Of a stretch of 64,000 nucleotides of DNA, positions 47,323-57,748 are shown one piece after another. The translations under genes were made by a program, and so were the position numbers. Position 1 is the stretch's first letter; each line of letters begins with the position of its first letter. The notes beneath the pieces were generated by a model. The model saw only the letters and a list, made by a program, of their open reading frames with translations, was not told the origin of the DNA and searched no databases. The stretch covers positions 182,503 through 246,502 of the IMG/VR virus record IMGVR_UViG_3300042402_002564; one strand, given 5' to 3'.

Positions 47323-47397
47323 GGGACTGTCGCCTATTGGTTAAGGCCCACTGCTTATAACGGTGTGAACTGAGTTCAATTCTCAGCAGTCCTACCA
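47323..47397 (+). tRNA. tRNA-Ile(UAU)
   Basis: cactg-CTTATAA-cggtg, CCA encoded. Confidence 0.88.
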
Positions 47398-47398
47398 A

Positions 47399-47470
47399 GG
47401 GAGTATAGCTTAATGGTTAGAGCGGCCTGCTTATAACGGGTTAGTCTGGGTTCAACTCCCAGTATTCCTA
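47399..47470 (+). tRNA. tRNA-Ile(UAU), second divergent copy
   Basis: gcctg-CTTATAA-cgggt. Confidence 0.88.
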
Positions 47471-47499
47471 TTGCTATTCGCTATTTGCGAATAACGAAT

Positions 47500-47572
47500 G
47501 CTCGTTTAGCCATCTGGTGAAGGCAGCGAACTCATAATTCGCCTCAGGAGAGTTCGATCCTCTCAACGAGCA
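47500..47572 (+). tRNA. tRNA-Met/Ile2(CAU)
   Basis: gcgaa-CTCATAA-ttcgc. Confidence 0.85.
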
Positions 47573-47649
47573 CTCGGACAGAATTTAATCTGTCCATCTT
47601 GACTTCTCCAAGTCAACCCCTTATAATATTAAGGTCAACATTCAAAACA

Positions 47650-47865
47650 ATGACTCTTACAACTAAATTCAAGAAAGACATTCAAACTCTTCGCGGTGCT
47701 GCAAACGGAGATTTTTATCTCGATGTAAAGAATCCGAAACTTTATAAAAAAGTTCGCAGATATTATGAAGGTGAAGGTGTAGTGTTCTCTGGTGATCCTT
47801 TGGATGATTATGAAATGCTAATGGAATATCTCTATCAAGATCTTGAAACTGTAGAAGTTGCCTAG
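47650..47865 (+). CDS. Conserved cyanophage hypothetical protein
   Basis: LDVKNPKLYKKVRRYYE.EGV.FSGDPLDDY; TTGACT-TATAAT promoter upstream. Confidence 0.7.
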   Translation: MTLTTKFKKDIQTLRGAANGDFYLDVKNPKLYKKVRRYYEGEGVVFSGDPLDDYEMLMEYLYQDLETVEVA

Positions 47866-47907
47866 TCATGGAGAGACTATAAAAACCCTGGTCGGGAGCA
47901 ACCCCTT

Positions 47908-48141
47908 ATGGATAAAACAACTATACTTAGGTATGTTGGTAATGCACTCCTCATAATTGGATATTACATTCTTTTATGGGGAGATGAAAAAATTGGATTA
48001 ATTGTTAAATTTCTTGCTGGAATCTTGTTACTTCCTTCATTTGTTTATTTAAAAATGTGGGATTCTGTAACAATATGTGGATTTTATGCTTTTATTGAAA
48101 TTACTAGATTAATCCATCTTTTCGCCACGGATGGGCGTTAA
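47908..48141 (+). CDS. Small membrane protein
   Basis: Three hydrophobic segments. Confidence 0.55.
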   Translation: MDKTTILRYVGNALLIIGYYILLWGDEKIGLIVKFLAGILLLPSFVYLKMWDSVTICGFYAFIEITRLIHLFATDGR

Positions 48142-48142
48142 C

Positions 48143-48275
48143 AGTACTGGTGGAGTCAAATGACCCTCATTTTGGTTTCTTGCTTTTCCATTAAAAAGCA
48201 AGTGGTGCGGATGGGGAATTCTTTCTCCGCCTGGTTTCTTGCCTCCAGTTAAAGGGCAAGTGGCGAGCCTGAATT
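48143..48275 (+). ncRNA. manA-like structured RNA motif
   Basis: CTGGTGGAGTC..GACCC followed by two GGTTTCTTGC..CC..AAA..GCAAGTGG modules next to the tRNA cluster; recognised from memory, not searched. Confidence 0.6.
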
Positions 48276-48339
48276 TACTAAGATGGGTAAATCCCATCTT
48301 TTTTTATACCATAAAATAAATACATTTTTAATTCTTATT

Positions 48340-49152
48340 ATGGTAGAAGTATCTCACTTAGAATGGCATATAACACATTCATGTAATTTTATGTGTCAGG
48401 GGTGTGGGCATTTTACTAATGATGGATATAATGAGCATATATCAATTGATGATTTAAAAAAATGGTATTCACTTTGGAAAAATAAAATAAAACCCAAAGA
48501 ATTATCAATACTCGGTGGAGAACCTTTATTACACAAAGATTTAATTGATATAATTTACATGACAAAAGAGGAATGGAATATTCAAGAAGACCAATATTAT
48601 GAGATAGTTACTAATGGTGTTTTAATTGATAGGCATCCAGAATTACCAAAAGCTTTATATGATACTAATTGTGTCATGACAGTATCAATGCATTCTTATG
48701 ATAAAGAATACTTAAAAGTGTTTTTAAAATCTTTATCTAAAATAAATGAATGGGTTGAATTATATGGTATTAATGTAGTATTAAATGATTCTGCTAATCA
48801 TTGGATAAAAACCTATCATGGTAGTGGTAAAAACATACTTCCTTTTGAAGACAATGATCCACAAATGAGTTGGGATAGATGCCCATCAGGACAACAGAAT
48901 TTTCAATTATATAATGGAAAAATGTATAAATGTTCGCCACTTGCATATCTACAACTTAAAAAAAGAAAATATGGAGATCAATTATCACCAAAATGGGATC
49001 CATATTTAAAATACAAACCATTATCACCAGATTCTACTGAAGAAGAAATATATGAATTTTTTAATAGAGGATCAGAATCTGTCTGTAGCATGTGTCCTAA
49101 GAACCCTCAAAAATTTATAAAGTCTAATCCGATGAAAAAATTCATTGACTGA
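48340..49152 (+). CDS. Radical SAM protein with C-terminal auxiliary Cys cluster
   Basis: CNFMCQGC, GGEP, TNG, C-terminal C...KC...CSMC. Confidence 0.85.
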   Translation: MVEVSHLEWHITHSCNFMCQGCGHFTNDGYNEHISIDDLKKWYSLWKNKIKPKELSILGGEPLLHKDLIDIIYMTKEEWNIQEDQYYEIVTNGVLIDRHPELPKALYDTNCVMTVSMHSYDKEYLKVFLKSLSKINEWVELYGINVVLNDSANHWIKTYHGSGKNILPFEDNDPQMSWDRCPSGQQNFQLYNGKMYKCSPLAYLQLKKRKYGDQLSPKWDPYLKYKPLSPDSTEEEIYEFFNRGSESVCSMCPKNPQKFIKSNPMKKFID

Positions 49153-49197
49153 ATTTTGTTTTAATGTTAGGATGCAATCCATATCATAATTTAACAT

Positions 49198-50199
49198 ATG
49201 AAAGTTGCCCTTATCACTGGAATAACAGGACAGGATGGATCGTATCTTGCAGAATTGCTTCTTCAAAAAGGTTATGAAGTTCATGGCATTGTTAGAAGAG
49301 CATCCCTTATCAATACTCATCGTATTGACCATATCTTTGATTCTATTAATCTCCATTACGGTGATCTTACTGATTCTACCAATCTTGTAAGAGTTATTCA
49401 GCAGGTTCAACCAGATGAAATTTATAACTTGGGTGCCCAAAGTCATGTAAAAGTGTCTTTTGAGATGCCAGAATATACTGGTATGGTTGATGGTCTTGGA
49501 ACTCTTCGTATTCTTGAAGCAGTTCGTCTTTTAGGAATGGAGAAAAAAACAAGAATTTATCAAGCATCTACTTCTGAACTATATGGTCTCGTTCAAGAAG
49601 TACCACAAAAAGAAACAACCCCTTTTTATCCTCGTTCACCTTATGGAGTCGCTAAACTTTATGGATACTGGATTATTAAAAACTACCGAGAATCGTATGG
49701 ATTACACGCAAGTTCTGGAATTCTTTTCAATCACGAATCCCCTCGCAGAGGAGAAACTTTTGTCACAAGAAAAATCACTCGCGGATTATCACGAATTTCA
49801 ACTGGGGAACAGGACGTATTATATCTCGGAAATTTGAATGCAAAGCGTGATTGGGGACATGCTAAAGACTTTGTTGAAGCAATGTGGTTAATGCTTCAAC
49901 AAGATAACCCAGATGACTATGTAATCGCTACAGGAAAACAATACTCGGTACGCGAGTTTGTTGAAGAAGCATCACCTTATTTTGGAATGAAAATTGCTTG
50001 GGAAGGTGAAGGTTTAGATGAAGTTGGTATTGATAGACTTACTAAAAAAGTAATAATTAGAGTTAATCCAAAATATTTTAGACCAGCAGAAGTTGAATCT
50101 TTGTTGGGAGACCCATCAAAAGCGAAAGAAAAACTAGGATGGGAACCAAAAATTACATTTGAACAATTAGTTGAGGACATGTGTTTATATGGACAATAA
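49198..50199 (+). CDS. gmd: GDP-mannose 4,6-dehydratase
   Basis: [31 protein letters not shown]. Confidence 0.97.
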   Translation: MKVALITGITGQDGSYLAELLLQKGYEVHGIVRRASLINTHRIDHIFDSINLHYGDLTDSTNLVRVIQQVQPDEIYNLGAQSHVKVSFEMPEYTGMVDGLGTLRILEAVRLLGMEKKTRIYQASTSELYGLVQEVPQKETTPFYPRSPYGVAKLYGYWIIKNYRESYGLHASSGILFNHESPRRGETFVTRKITRGLSRISTGEQDVLYLGNLNAKRDWGHAKDFVEAMWLMLQQDNPDDYVIATGKQYSVREFVEEASPYFGMKIAWEGEGLDEVGIDRLTKKVIIRVNPKYFRPAEVESLLGDPSKAKEKLGWEPKITFEQLVEDMCLYGQ

Positions 50200-51127
50200 T
50201 TCTAAAATCTTTGTTGCTGGTCATAATGGTTTAGTTGGATCTGCAATTGTTAGAAATTTAAAGTCAAAAGGGTATAATAATATTATTACTGCAAATAGAA
50301 AACAACTAGATCTTACCGATCAATGTCAAGTTGATTTATTCTTCATTGAAAATAAACCAGATTATGTATTTCTTGCTGCAGCAAAAGTAGGTGGTATCGT
50401 TGCTAATCGAGATTATCCAGCAGATTTTATTCGAGACAATCTTTTAATTCAAACAAATGTAATTGATGCCTCTTACCGATATGGTGTAAAAAAACTGGTA
50501 TTTTTAGGGTCTTCTTGTATATATCCTAAACATCCAACTATTCCGATTACAGAAGATCAATTCCTTACTGGACCATTAGAACCCACAAATGATGCCTACG
50601 CAGTTGCAAAAATTGCTGGAATTAAAATGTGCCAAGCGTATAATAAACAGTATGGATTTAATGCAGTCTCATTAATGCCAACTAATCTTTATGGACCTAA
50701 TGATAATTTTGACCCAGAAAGTAGTCACGTTATTCCAGGTATAATGGGGAGAGTTCATAAGGCAAAAATTAATAATGAACCTTTTATAGAGTGTTGGGGA
50801 GATGGATCTGCATTACGTGAATTTTTATTCATTGATGATTTTGCTGAAGCATGTTATACTTGCATGATTAAATATAATAACCCTGAAATTATTAATATCG
50901 GTAGTGGCAAGGATATTACAATTAAAAATCTAACAGAATTAATTTGTAATGTTTTAGATTACACTGGTGAAATTAAATGGGATACTTCTAAACCCAATGG
51001 AACCCCAAGAAAAGTGATGAATGTTGATAAAATTAAATCTCTTGGATGGGATACTAAAACTGGGATTAGACAAGGTTTATACGAAACATACGAATGGTTT
51101 AAAAACAATGTCAATGATCGGATTTAA
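50189..51127 (+). CDS. fcl: GDP-L-fucose synthase
   Basis: [34 protein letters not shown]. Confidence 0.95.
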   Translation: MDNNSKIFVAGHNGLVGSAIVRNLKSKGYNNIITANRKQLDLTDQCQVDLFFIENKPDYVFLAAAKVGGIVANRDYPADFIRDNLLIQTNVIDASYRYGVKKLVFLGSSCIYPKHPTIPITEDQFLTGPLEPTNDAYAVAKIAGIKMCQAYNKQYGFNAVSLMPTNLYGPNDNFDPESSHVIPGIMGRVHKAKINNEPFIECWGDGSALREFLFIDDFAEACYTCMIKYNNPEIINIGSGKDITIKNLTELICNVLDYTGEIKWDTSKPNGTPRKVMNVDKIKSLGWDTKTGIRQGLYETYEWFKNNVNDRI

Positions 51128-51905
51128 TTCTTTAGGAAAACTTGGTAGACTTGGAAATCAAATGTTCCAACTTGCGTCTTTAAAAGGTATTGCAAGAAAA
51201 AATGATTACAATTATTGTCTCCCTCCATCTACTAATGTTAATGAATGGGAAGATCACCAATTGTTTGTTCCATTTAAGCTTCATAACGTTATGCTGCTTA
51301 ATATCCAATATCTTGATGGTAAAAGACCTACCATTGTAGAAAATGAATTTGGATTTAATGAGGAATTATATAACAATTGCCCAAAGTGGGTGAATCTTCA
51401 AGGATACTTTCAATCAGAAAAATATTTTAAAGATATTGAAGATGAAATTAGAGAAGATTTTGAATTTCATGACCATATTTTTAATCCAGCAAAGGAAATG
51501 ATTGAAACTATAGATGATCCAATTTCTCTTCATATTAGAAGGACTGATTATCTACAACTATCACATCAACATAACAATCTCGATTTAGATTATTATGAAA
51601 AGGCATTAGAGCATTTTGATACTGATAGAACTGTTGTTATTTTTTCTGATGACCCAGAATGGTGCAAATCACAGACATTATTTGAAAGTGATAGATTTTT
51701 AATTGCGGAAGGAAACTCTAATTATGTTGACCTTTGTTTGATGACTCTATGTAAATCGCATATTATTGCAAACTCTTCATTCTCTTGGTGGGGTGCATGG
51801 TTGGCAAAGAGTGATAAGGTTATTGCACCAAGTAAATGGTTTGGACCTGATAATCAACACCTAGATACTAAAGATCTTTATTGCCCAGATTGGACTGTAA
51901 TTTAA
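51108..51905 (+). CDS. Alpha-1,2-fucosyltransferase (GT11)
   Basis: GRLGNQMFQ, GYFQSEKYF, HIRRTDY, FSDD, ANSSFSWWGA. Confidence 0.92.
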   Translation: MSMIGFNSLGKLGRLGNQMFQLASLKGIARKNDYNYCLPPSTNVNEWEDHQLFVPFKLHNVMLLNIQYLDGKRPTIVENEFGFNEELYNNCPKWVNLQGYFQSEKYFKDIEDEIREDFEFHDHIFNPAKEMIETIDDPISLHIRRTDYLQLSHQHNNLDLDYYEKALEHFDTDRTVVIFSDDPEWCKSQTLFESDRFLIAEGNSNYVDLCLMTLCKSHIIANSSFSWWGAWLAKSDKVIAPSKWFGPDNQHLDTKDLYCPDWTVI

Positions 51906-52624
51906 TGAAAGTTGCTGTTATTTTTATTGGAACGGAGAAGTACCTTAACTTCCTTCCCTCATGGTATGAGAGTTGTGAGCAATTCTTATTGCCAAGCACC
52001 GAAAAAAAGTATATAATTTTTACTGATGGTGAGGTTCCAGAATCTCCAGAAAATGCTATTGTATATAATCAAGAGCATTTAGAGTGGCCATATATCACCC
52101 TGTATCGTTTTAAAATGATCCAGAAATGTTTTGAAGATATTCAAGACTGTGATTGGTTACTTTTTCTAGATGCAGATATGCGAGTAGTAGATACTGTTAT
52201 TGCAGAAGACTTGTTTGATGATTCTAAAAAATATATTGGGGTTCATCATCCATGTCATTATTTGAACATGCCACCACACAATGAACTTCCTGGAGCATTT
52301 GATGTAACTCCACTATCTAATGCATGTGTTTCCGAATCTGATGATTTGTCAATTTATTTTCAAGGATGTTTATGGGGTGGTAAACTTCCTTATGTTCTTG
52401 ATATGATTCAAGAACTTGACCAAAAAACAACTGAAGATGAAAAAAATAATATAATTGCTACTTGGCATGATGAAAGTCATTTGAATAAGTTTTATATTGA
52501 ACATCGGGATGAAGTATTTGTAGCGTCACCAAGTCTTGCATACCCAGAAGTATTCGCTAAAGTATGTACATTTGAACCAAAAATTGTCCATCTATCTAAA
52601 GATAATAGTAAGTATCATGTCTAA
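51905..52624 (+). CDS. GT6 (ABO-type alpha-1,3-Gal/GalNAc transferase)
   Basis: IFTD, WPYITLYRF, DAD, YFQG..WGG, WHDESHLNK. Confidence 0.88.
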   Translation: MKVAVIFIGTEKYLNFLPSWYESCEQFLLPSTEKKYIIFTDGEVPESPENAIVYNQEHLEWPYITLYRFKMIQKCFEDIQDCDWLLFLDADMRVVDTVIAEDLFDDSKKYIGVHHPCHYLNMPPHNELPGAFDVTPLSNACVSESDDLSIYFQGCLWGGKLPYVLDMIQELDQKTTEDEKNNIIATWHDESHLNKFYIEHRDEVFVASPSLAYPEVFAKVCTFEPKIVHLSKDNSKYHV

Positions 52625-53321
52625 AATTGCTATGATTTACTCGGGTCAACCGAGACACTTAAAAGAATGTTATGAAAATCATCGTCAAACTTTTTGGGAT
52701 GCAAATCCAGATTGTGAAATTGATGTGTTTGCTCATATTTGGTATGACGAGGCATGGGTAGGAACTTATTTTTGGGACCAATATAAAGACCGTGGGCGTT
52801 GGGAAGCAGACCTTAAAGATTTTATGGTTGATAACTGGCAACCCAAAGGTCTTGTTTTTGAAGAACCAAAAGAGTTTGAAGCGGAAGATATTTATCCTGA
52901 TCCTAGATTTCCTCATCCAGTCAACAACATTATCTCAATGTTTTATAGCTTGAATGAAGCAAATAATCTCAAGAAAAAGTATGAAGATGATAATGGGTTT
53001 AAGTATGATTGTGTTATTCGTTTAAGAACTGATGAATATTTTAAAACTCCTATTGGTCCCATATCAAACTATGATTTAAATACAGTTAATGTATTGAATG
53101 AATGGGCACACATTGAACATGGAATCAATGACCACTTTGCATTTGGGTCATCTGAATTGATGGATAAATATCTTGACGTATTTGACAATTTTGTTAAAAT
53201 ATGTGAAATGGGTGCGGAAATCAATCCAGAATGTCTTATTGGGTTTAATGCACAAAAAAGACACAATCTTCCCATTACTAAAAACAACTGGAACTATGTA
53301 CTTTGGAGAGATAAAAAATAA
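52617..53321 (+). CDS. Hypothetical glycan-locus protein (paralogue of 54694)
   Basis: SGQPR...DVFAH.W...SMFYS...YDCVIRLRTD. Confidence 0.6.
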   Translation: MSKIAMIYSGQPRHLKECYENHRQTFWDANPDCEIDVFAHIWYDEAWVGTYFWDQYKDRGRWEADLKDFMVDNWQPKGLVFEEPKEFEAEDIYPDPRFPHPVNNIISMFYSLNEANNLKKKYEDDNGFKYDCVIRLRTDEYFKTPIGPISNYDLNTVNVLNEWAHIEHGINDHFAFGSSELMDKYLDVFDNFVKICEMGAEINPECLIGFNAQKRHNLPITKNNWNYVLWRDKK

Positions 53322-54694
53322 TGACTAAACTTGTTATCTTTGATTTGGATGGCGTCTTAATTGATAGTAAAGATTATCATTACGAAGCATTAAACCAAGC
53401 ACTTGGGGAAGAATATGCTATCAGCAGAGAAGAGCATGTTAGCATTTATGATGGTCTTCCCACTAAAGCAAAACTAGAACTTTTGACTAAAAATAAGGGT
53501 CTTCCTGTAGACCTTTACGACCAGATTTGGAGAGATAAGCAAGAGGCAACTCTCAAAATCTTTAATGATTGTGTTGCAAAAGATTATGAGTTAATGGGTT
53601 ATTTCCAGCAACTTGTAGATGCAGGATATAAAATCGCCGTAGCATCTAACAGTATTCGCAATACTGTAAAGATTATTCTTCTGCGTCTTGGTCTTCTTGA
53701 GTTTGTTGATATGTACGTCTCTAATGAAGACGTTGTTCGCAATAAACCATTCCCAGCAATGTACTGGAAGTGCATGACTGCTCTTGGAGCACTTCCTGCA
53801 GATACTGTAATTGTTGAGGATAGTCATATTGGTCGTCAAGGTGCTCTTGATAGTAAGGCACACTTGGTTCCTGTTGAAGACCGTAAGGATCTTAATCAGG
53901 TAAAGATTGACCGCATCAAAAAAATTCTAAATGGTACTAAACAAAAAGTTGCGTGGGAGAGCAAGACTATGAATGTTCTTATTCCTATGGCAGGTGCTGG
54001 CAGCAGATTTGCTAGTCAGGGTTACACCTTCCCCAAACCTTTGATTGAAGTTAAAGGTAAACCAATGATTCAAGTGGTTGTTGAGAACCTGAACATCAAA
54101 GCAAATTATACTTTTATTGTTCAGAAGGAGCATTATGAGAAGTATAATCTCAACTATCTGCTTCCTCTGATTGCTCCTGGATGTAATATTGTCCAAGTTG
54201 ATGGTCTTACTGAAGGTGCTTGTTGCACTACTTTACTTGCAAAAGAGTTTATCGATAATGATGAACCCCTTGTAATGGCAAATTCGGACCAGTTTGTTGA
54301 ATGGGATAGCAACGAAACCCTTTATGCATTCCAAAATGGTGAAGTTGATGGCGGTATCGTAACCTTCCCCGCAACCCATCCTAAGTGGTCTTATGCTAAA
54401 CTTGGTGAAGAAGGTTATGTTGAGGAAGTTGCTGAGAAGAAACCAATCTCTGAACATGCCACTGTAGGTATTTACTACTGGAAAAAAGGTTCTGATTATG
54501 TTAAGTATGCTGAACAAATGATTGAAAAGAACATTCGGGTTAATAATGAGTTCTATGTTTGTCCAGTATTTAATGAAGCAATCGGTGATGGTAAAAAAAT
54601 CCGCATCAAAGAGATTGATAGGAATGGTATGTGGGGTATTGGAACTCCAGAAGATTTAAATTATTTCCTCGAACATTATAATGGAGAAGTGTGA
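53321..54694 (+). CDS. HAD phosphatase fused to NTP-transferase
   Basis: FDLDGVL, KP.P, VEDS then IPMAGAGSRF..PKPL, AEKK, GTPEDL. Confidence 0.85.
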   Translation: MTKLVIFDLDGVLIDSKDYHYEALNQALGEEYAISREEHVSIYDGLPTKAKLELLTKNKGLPVDLYDQIWRDKQEATLKIFNDCVAKDYELMGYFQQLVDAGYKIAVASNSIRNTVKIILLRLGLLEFVDMYVSNEDVVRNKPFPAMYWKCMTALGALPADTVIVEDSHIGRQGALDSKAHLVPVEDRKDLNQVKIDRIKKILNGTKQKVAWESKTMNVLIPMAGAGSRFASQGYTFPKPLIEVKGKPMIQVVVENLNIKANYTFIVQKEHYEKYNLNYLLPLIAPGCNIVQVDGLTEGACCTTLLAKEFIDNDEPLVMANSDQFVEWDSNETLYAFQNGEVDGGIVTFPATHPKWSYAKLGEEGYVEEVAEKKPISEHATVGIYYWKKGSDYVKYAEQMIEKNIRVNNEFYVCPVFNEAIGDGKKIRIKEIDRNGMWGIGTPEDLNYFLEHYNGEV

Positions 54695-55440
54695 TGAAAG
54701 TAGCATTAGCATTTTTTGGGCAACCTAGATTTGTTGATAATCTAGAAATTATCAACACATACAAAGAAGTAATTCTTAATCGATATGATACTGATGTATT
54801 CGGTCACATGTGGTGGCAAGAAAATGGTGGAGAATATGATTACTCTTCTTGGTCTAAGATAAACAAATGCCCTGTTTCTGAGGATGCCCCAGAAATTATT
54901 ACCAATAATTATTCTCCTTTAATTTTAGGTATTGAAGATCCAAAGACTTTTGAATTGCCACCTAAAGCTAAAAAATTTATTGATGAGAAGTTTACTGATA
55001 AGCATCCTGCTAGACAAATATATGGAGAAAGTGGCAACCATTGGAATCCTAAAAACTATAGCAATGTAATGTCACAATTGTATTCTATTAAATCTGTTGC
55101 TAATATTGTTAAATCATACGCAGAAGATACAAATACCAGTTACGATTTTATTGTACTAGCAAGGTATGATACCGTACTTCTTAATTTCCCAGATCTTAAT
55201 ACTTGTGATAAGTATAAGTTTTATCTTCCAGGACATCATCCTAGATTCCCTGATACAATCCAATTCTTTGGTCCAAAATATTTGACTTGGGCACTTAATG
55301 CTTTTGATGATATTGAAGATGTATATGAAGATATTTGGGAACCTTCTCCCGAAGCATTTAAAATGGGTTCATTTTTAAAGTGGTTTGAACACTCTGATCT
55401 TGCTCCTTGTTCTATGGATGCTGCTTGTATCCGAGGTTAA
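54694..55440 (+). CDS. Hypothetical glycan-locus protein (paralogue of 52617)
   Basis: FGQPR...DVFGH.W...SQLYS...YDFIVLARYD. Confidence 0.6.
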   Translation: MKVALAFFGQPRFVDNLEIINTYKEVILNRYDTDVFGHMWWQENGGEYDYSSWSKINKCPVSEDAPEIITNNYSPLILGIEDPKTFELPPKAKKFIDEKFTDKHPARQIYGESGNHWNPKNYSNVMSQLYSIKSVANIVKSYAEDTNTSYDFIVLARYDTVLLNFPDLNTCDKYKFYLPGHHPRFPDTIQFFGPKYLTWALNAFDDIEDVYEDIWEPSPEAFKMGSFLKWFEHSDLAPCSMDAACIRG

Positions 55441-55442
55441 TT

Positions 55443-55910
55443 ATGAAAATCATTGCACATAGAGGAAATATTGATGGTCCCAATCCTTTAACGGAAAACC
55501 ATCCAGATACTATTGATAATGCAATATCAATGGGATTTGATGTTGAAATTGATATTAGATATGATACATTTGATAATAAATTTTATCTAGGTCATGATGA
55601 TCCACAATATGTGGTTACTCCATATTGGTTAGCTGAACGTATGGAAAACCTGTGGATTCATTGTAAAAATATTGAAGCACTTTATCATTTTGTTCATAAA
55701 ACTGGTGGATATAATTATTTTTGGCATCAAACAGATGATTTTACGCTAACCAGTAAAAACTATATTTGGACATATCCTGGACAAACCTATACACCATCTA
55801 GTATAATTGTTATGCCAGAAAATTATATTAAACGAGAAGAATTAAATACTTTGATTGCTTATGATTGTTATGGTGTTTGTACAGATTATCCTCAAAAAAT
55901 AAAAAAATGA
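55443..55910 (+). CDS. GDPD/PLC-like phosphodiesterase
   Basis: IAHRGN, EN, VEIDI, GHD, VCTDYP. Confidence 0.75.
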   Translation: MKIIAHRGNIDGPNPLTENHPDTIDNAISMGFDVEIDIRYDTFDNKFYLGHDDPQYVVTPYWLAERMENLWIHCKNIEALYHFVHKTGGYNYFWHQTDDFTLTSKNYIWTYPGQTYTPSSIIVMPENYIKREELNTLIAYDCYGVCTDYPQKIKK

Positions 55911-56857
55911 AAATTACATTAGTTGGACCAGGCATTATGCCTATTCCCCCTACTGGGTGGGGTGCAGTAGAAATATTAATTTGGGATACTAAACTTGCCT
56001 TAGAAGAACTGGGGCATGAAGTTCAAATTGTAAATACTAAAGATTACAGGCAAATTATTAATGAAATAAATGCATTTGTACCTGATTTTGTGCATGTGCA
56101 TTATGATGAATTTATTAATCTTTGTCCATACATCCAATATCCATCTGCAATTACAAGTCATTTTGGATATTTAGAGAGACCTCAAATGTTTAATGGTTAT
56201 GCAAATGTTGCCAATCAATTTGCTTCTATTAAACCAAATATTTTTTGTTTATCTGAAGGAATCTCTAAGGTATATCAAATAATGTTTAATATTCCTAAAG
56301 AGAATCTTTTTATTACTCCAAACGGAGTTAATATTAATCAATTTAAAGTCTCAGAATCTCCAAAATACCCAGACAGATCAATCTATCTTGCAAAGATTGA
56401 TTATAGAAAACGTCAACATCTATTCCAGTCTATTGATAGTCTTTGGTTTGCTGGAAATCTTGCTGATAGTAGATTTAATACTAACAAGAACTATTTGGGT
56501 GAATGGTCTAAAGAAACTCTATACAATGAACTCACCGATTATGGTAACCTTGTTCTTCTATCTGATGGGGAGGCACATCCATTAGTTTGTATGGAAGCTC
56601 TTGCCGCAGGTCTTGGTGTAGTAGTATGTGAATGGGGCAAAGCAAATCTCGATCAATCTAAACCATTTATTACTATTATTCCAGAAGACAAAATTGATGA
56701 TTTAGAATACATTGAAGAAAAAATTGTAAAAAATAGAGAGTATTCAATTTCTCATCGGGAAGAAATTTTAGAATATTCTAAAAACTTTGATTGGAAAGAA
56801 ATCTTACAAAAATATTATATTCCTAGTATAGTTAAAGTTATTGAAAATCATGGATAA
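55907..56857 (+). CDS. Glycosyltransferase (GT4-like, GT-B)
   Basis: PIPPTGWGAVE, PNGV, E...LV.MEALAAG. Confidence 0.85.
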   Translation: MKITLVGPGIMPIPPTGWGAVEILIWDTKLALEELGHEVQIVNTKDYRQIINEINAFVPDFVHVHYDEFINLCPYIQYPSAITSHFGYLERPQMFNGYANVANQFASIKPNIFCLSEGISKVYQIMFNIPKENLFITPNGVNINQFKVSESPKYPDRSIYLAKIDYRKRQHLFQSIDSLWFAGNLADSRFNTNKNYLGEWSKETLYNELTDYGNLVLLSDGEAHPLVCMEALAAGLGVVVCEWGKANLDQSKPFITIIPEDKIDDLEYIEEKIVKNREYSISHREEILEYSKNFDWKEILQKYYIPSIVKVIENHG

Positions 56858-57641
56858 AAATAAATCAATAAGTAAATTGAAAAACTTTGGACCTGTTTAT
56901 TATTTGAATTTGGATGGTCAACCAGAAAGAAAACAGTATATGGAGGAACAGTTTTCTTACTGGGAAATTGAAAATTATACTAGAATTTCTGCCTATGATG
57001 GTAGAGATGACGATTTAAGTGATATCATAAAAGGAAGGTATCCAGAAAATATGTCATCTGGTGAGGTTGGATGTGTAACCTCACATCTTAAAGCAATTGA
57101 ACATTGGTATAATAATTCTGATAGTCCTTATGCAATTATCATGGAAGATGATTGCAATTTAGATATTGCTAGATTTTGGACATTTACCTGGGAAGACTTT
57201 ATTTCTAGGGTTCCCTATGATTGGGATGTTGTTCAATTGGCAATTATTTGTACTGGTGATATTCATGTGAAAATTCATAAACGATTTGTGAATGAATTTT
57301 CCACTGCATGTTACGCAATCACTAGACACCATGCAGAAAAATTAATTAAACTCCACATTAGAGATGGTAAGTATAAACTGGACAATGGGGTAAAACCAAG
57401 GCCAGTTGCAGATGATTTATTGTATAATTCTGGAAATACTTATTCAGTACCATTATTATTGTATAAAATTGAGTTAGGTTCTTCTATTCATCCTGATCAT
57501 ATTGATATTTTTCACAGAAACAGTCATGATGGAATATTTAATTTCTGGTCTCAAGCAGGGGCTCAATTGACAATTGATCAACTTACCGACTATGATCCTT
57601 ATCTAGGGAGAGTCACTGATCCATCTGGTGGACAGCGGTAA
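56850..57641 (+). CDS. Glycosyltransferase family 25-like (seventh copy)
   Basis: YLNLD..PER, GEVGC..SH, MEDD, PYDWDVVQL. Confidence 0.85.
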   Translation: MDKNKSISKLKNFGPVYYLNLDGQPERKQYMEEQFSYWEIENYTRISAYDGRDDDLSDIIKGRYPENMSSGEVGCVTSHLKAIEHWYNNSDSPYAIIMEDDCNLDIARFWTFTWEDFISRVPYDWDVVQLAIICTGDIHVKIHKRFVNEFSTACYAITRHHAEKLIKLHIRDGKYKLDNGVKPRPVADDLLYNSGNTYSVPLLLYKIELGSSIHPDHIDIFHRNSHDGIFNFWSQAGAQLTIDQLTDYDPYLGRVTDPSGGQR

Positions 57642-57748
57642 ACCCTATACACTTGACAAACATAATTCTTAAACCTATACTAAATAGGTACTTAAGAATT
57701 ATGTTGTAATTCTTAACATTTGTCGTTTAGATCTAAAACAAATTAACT

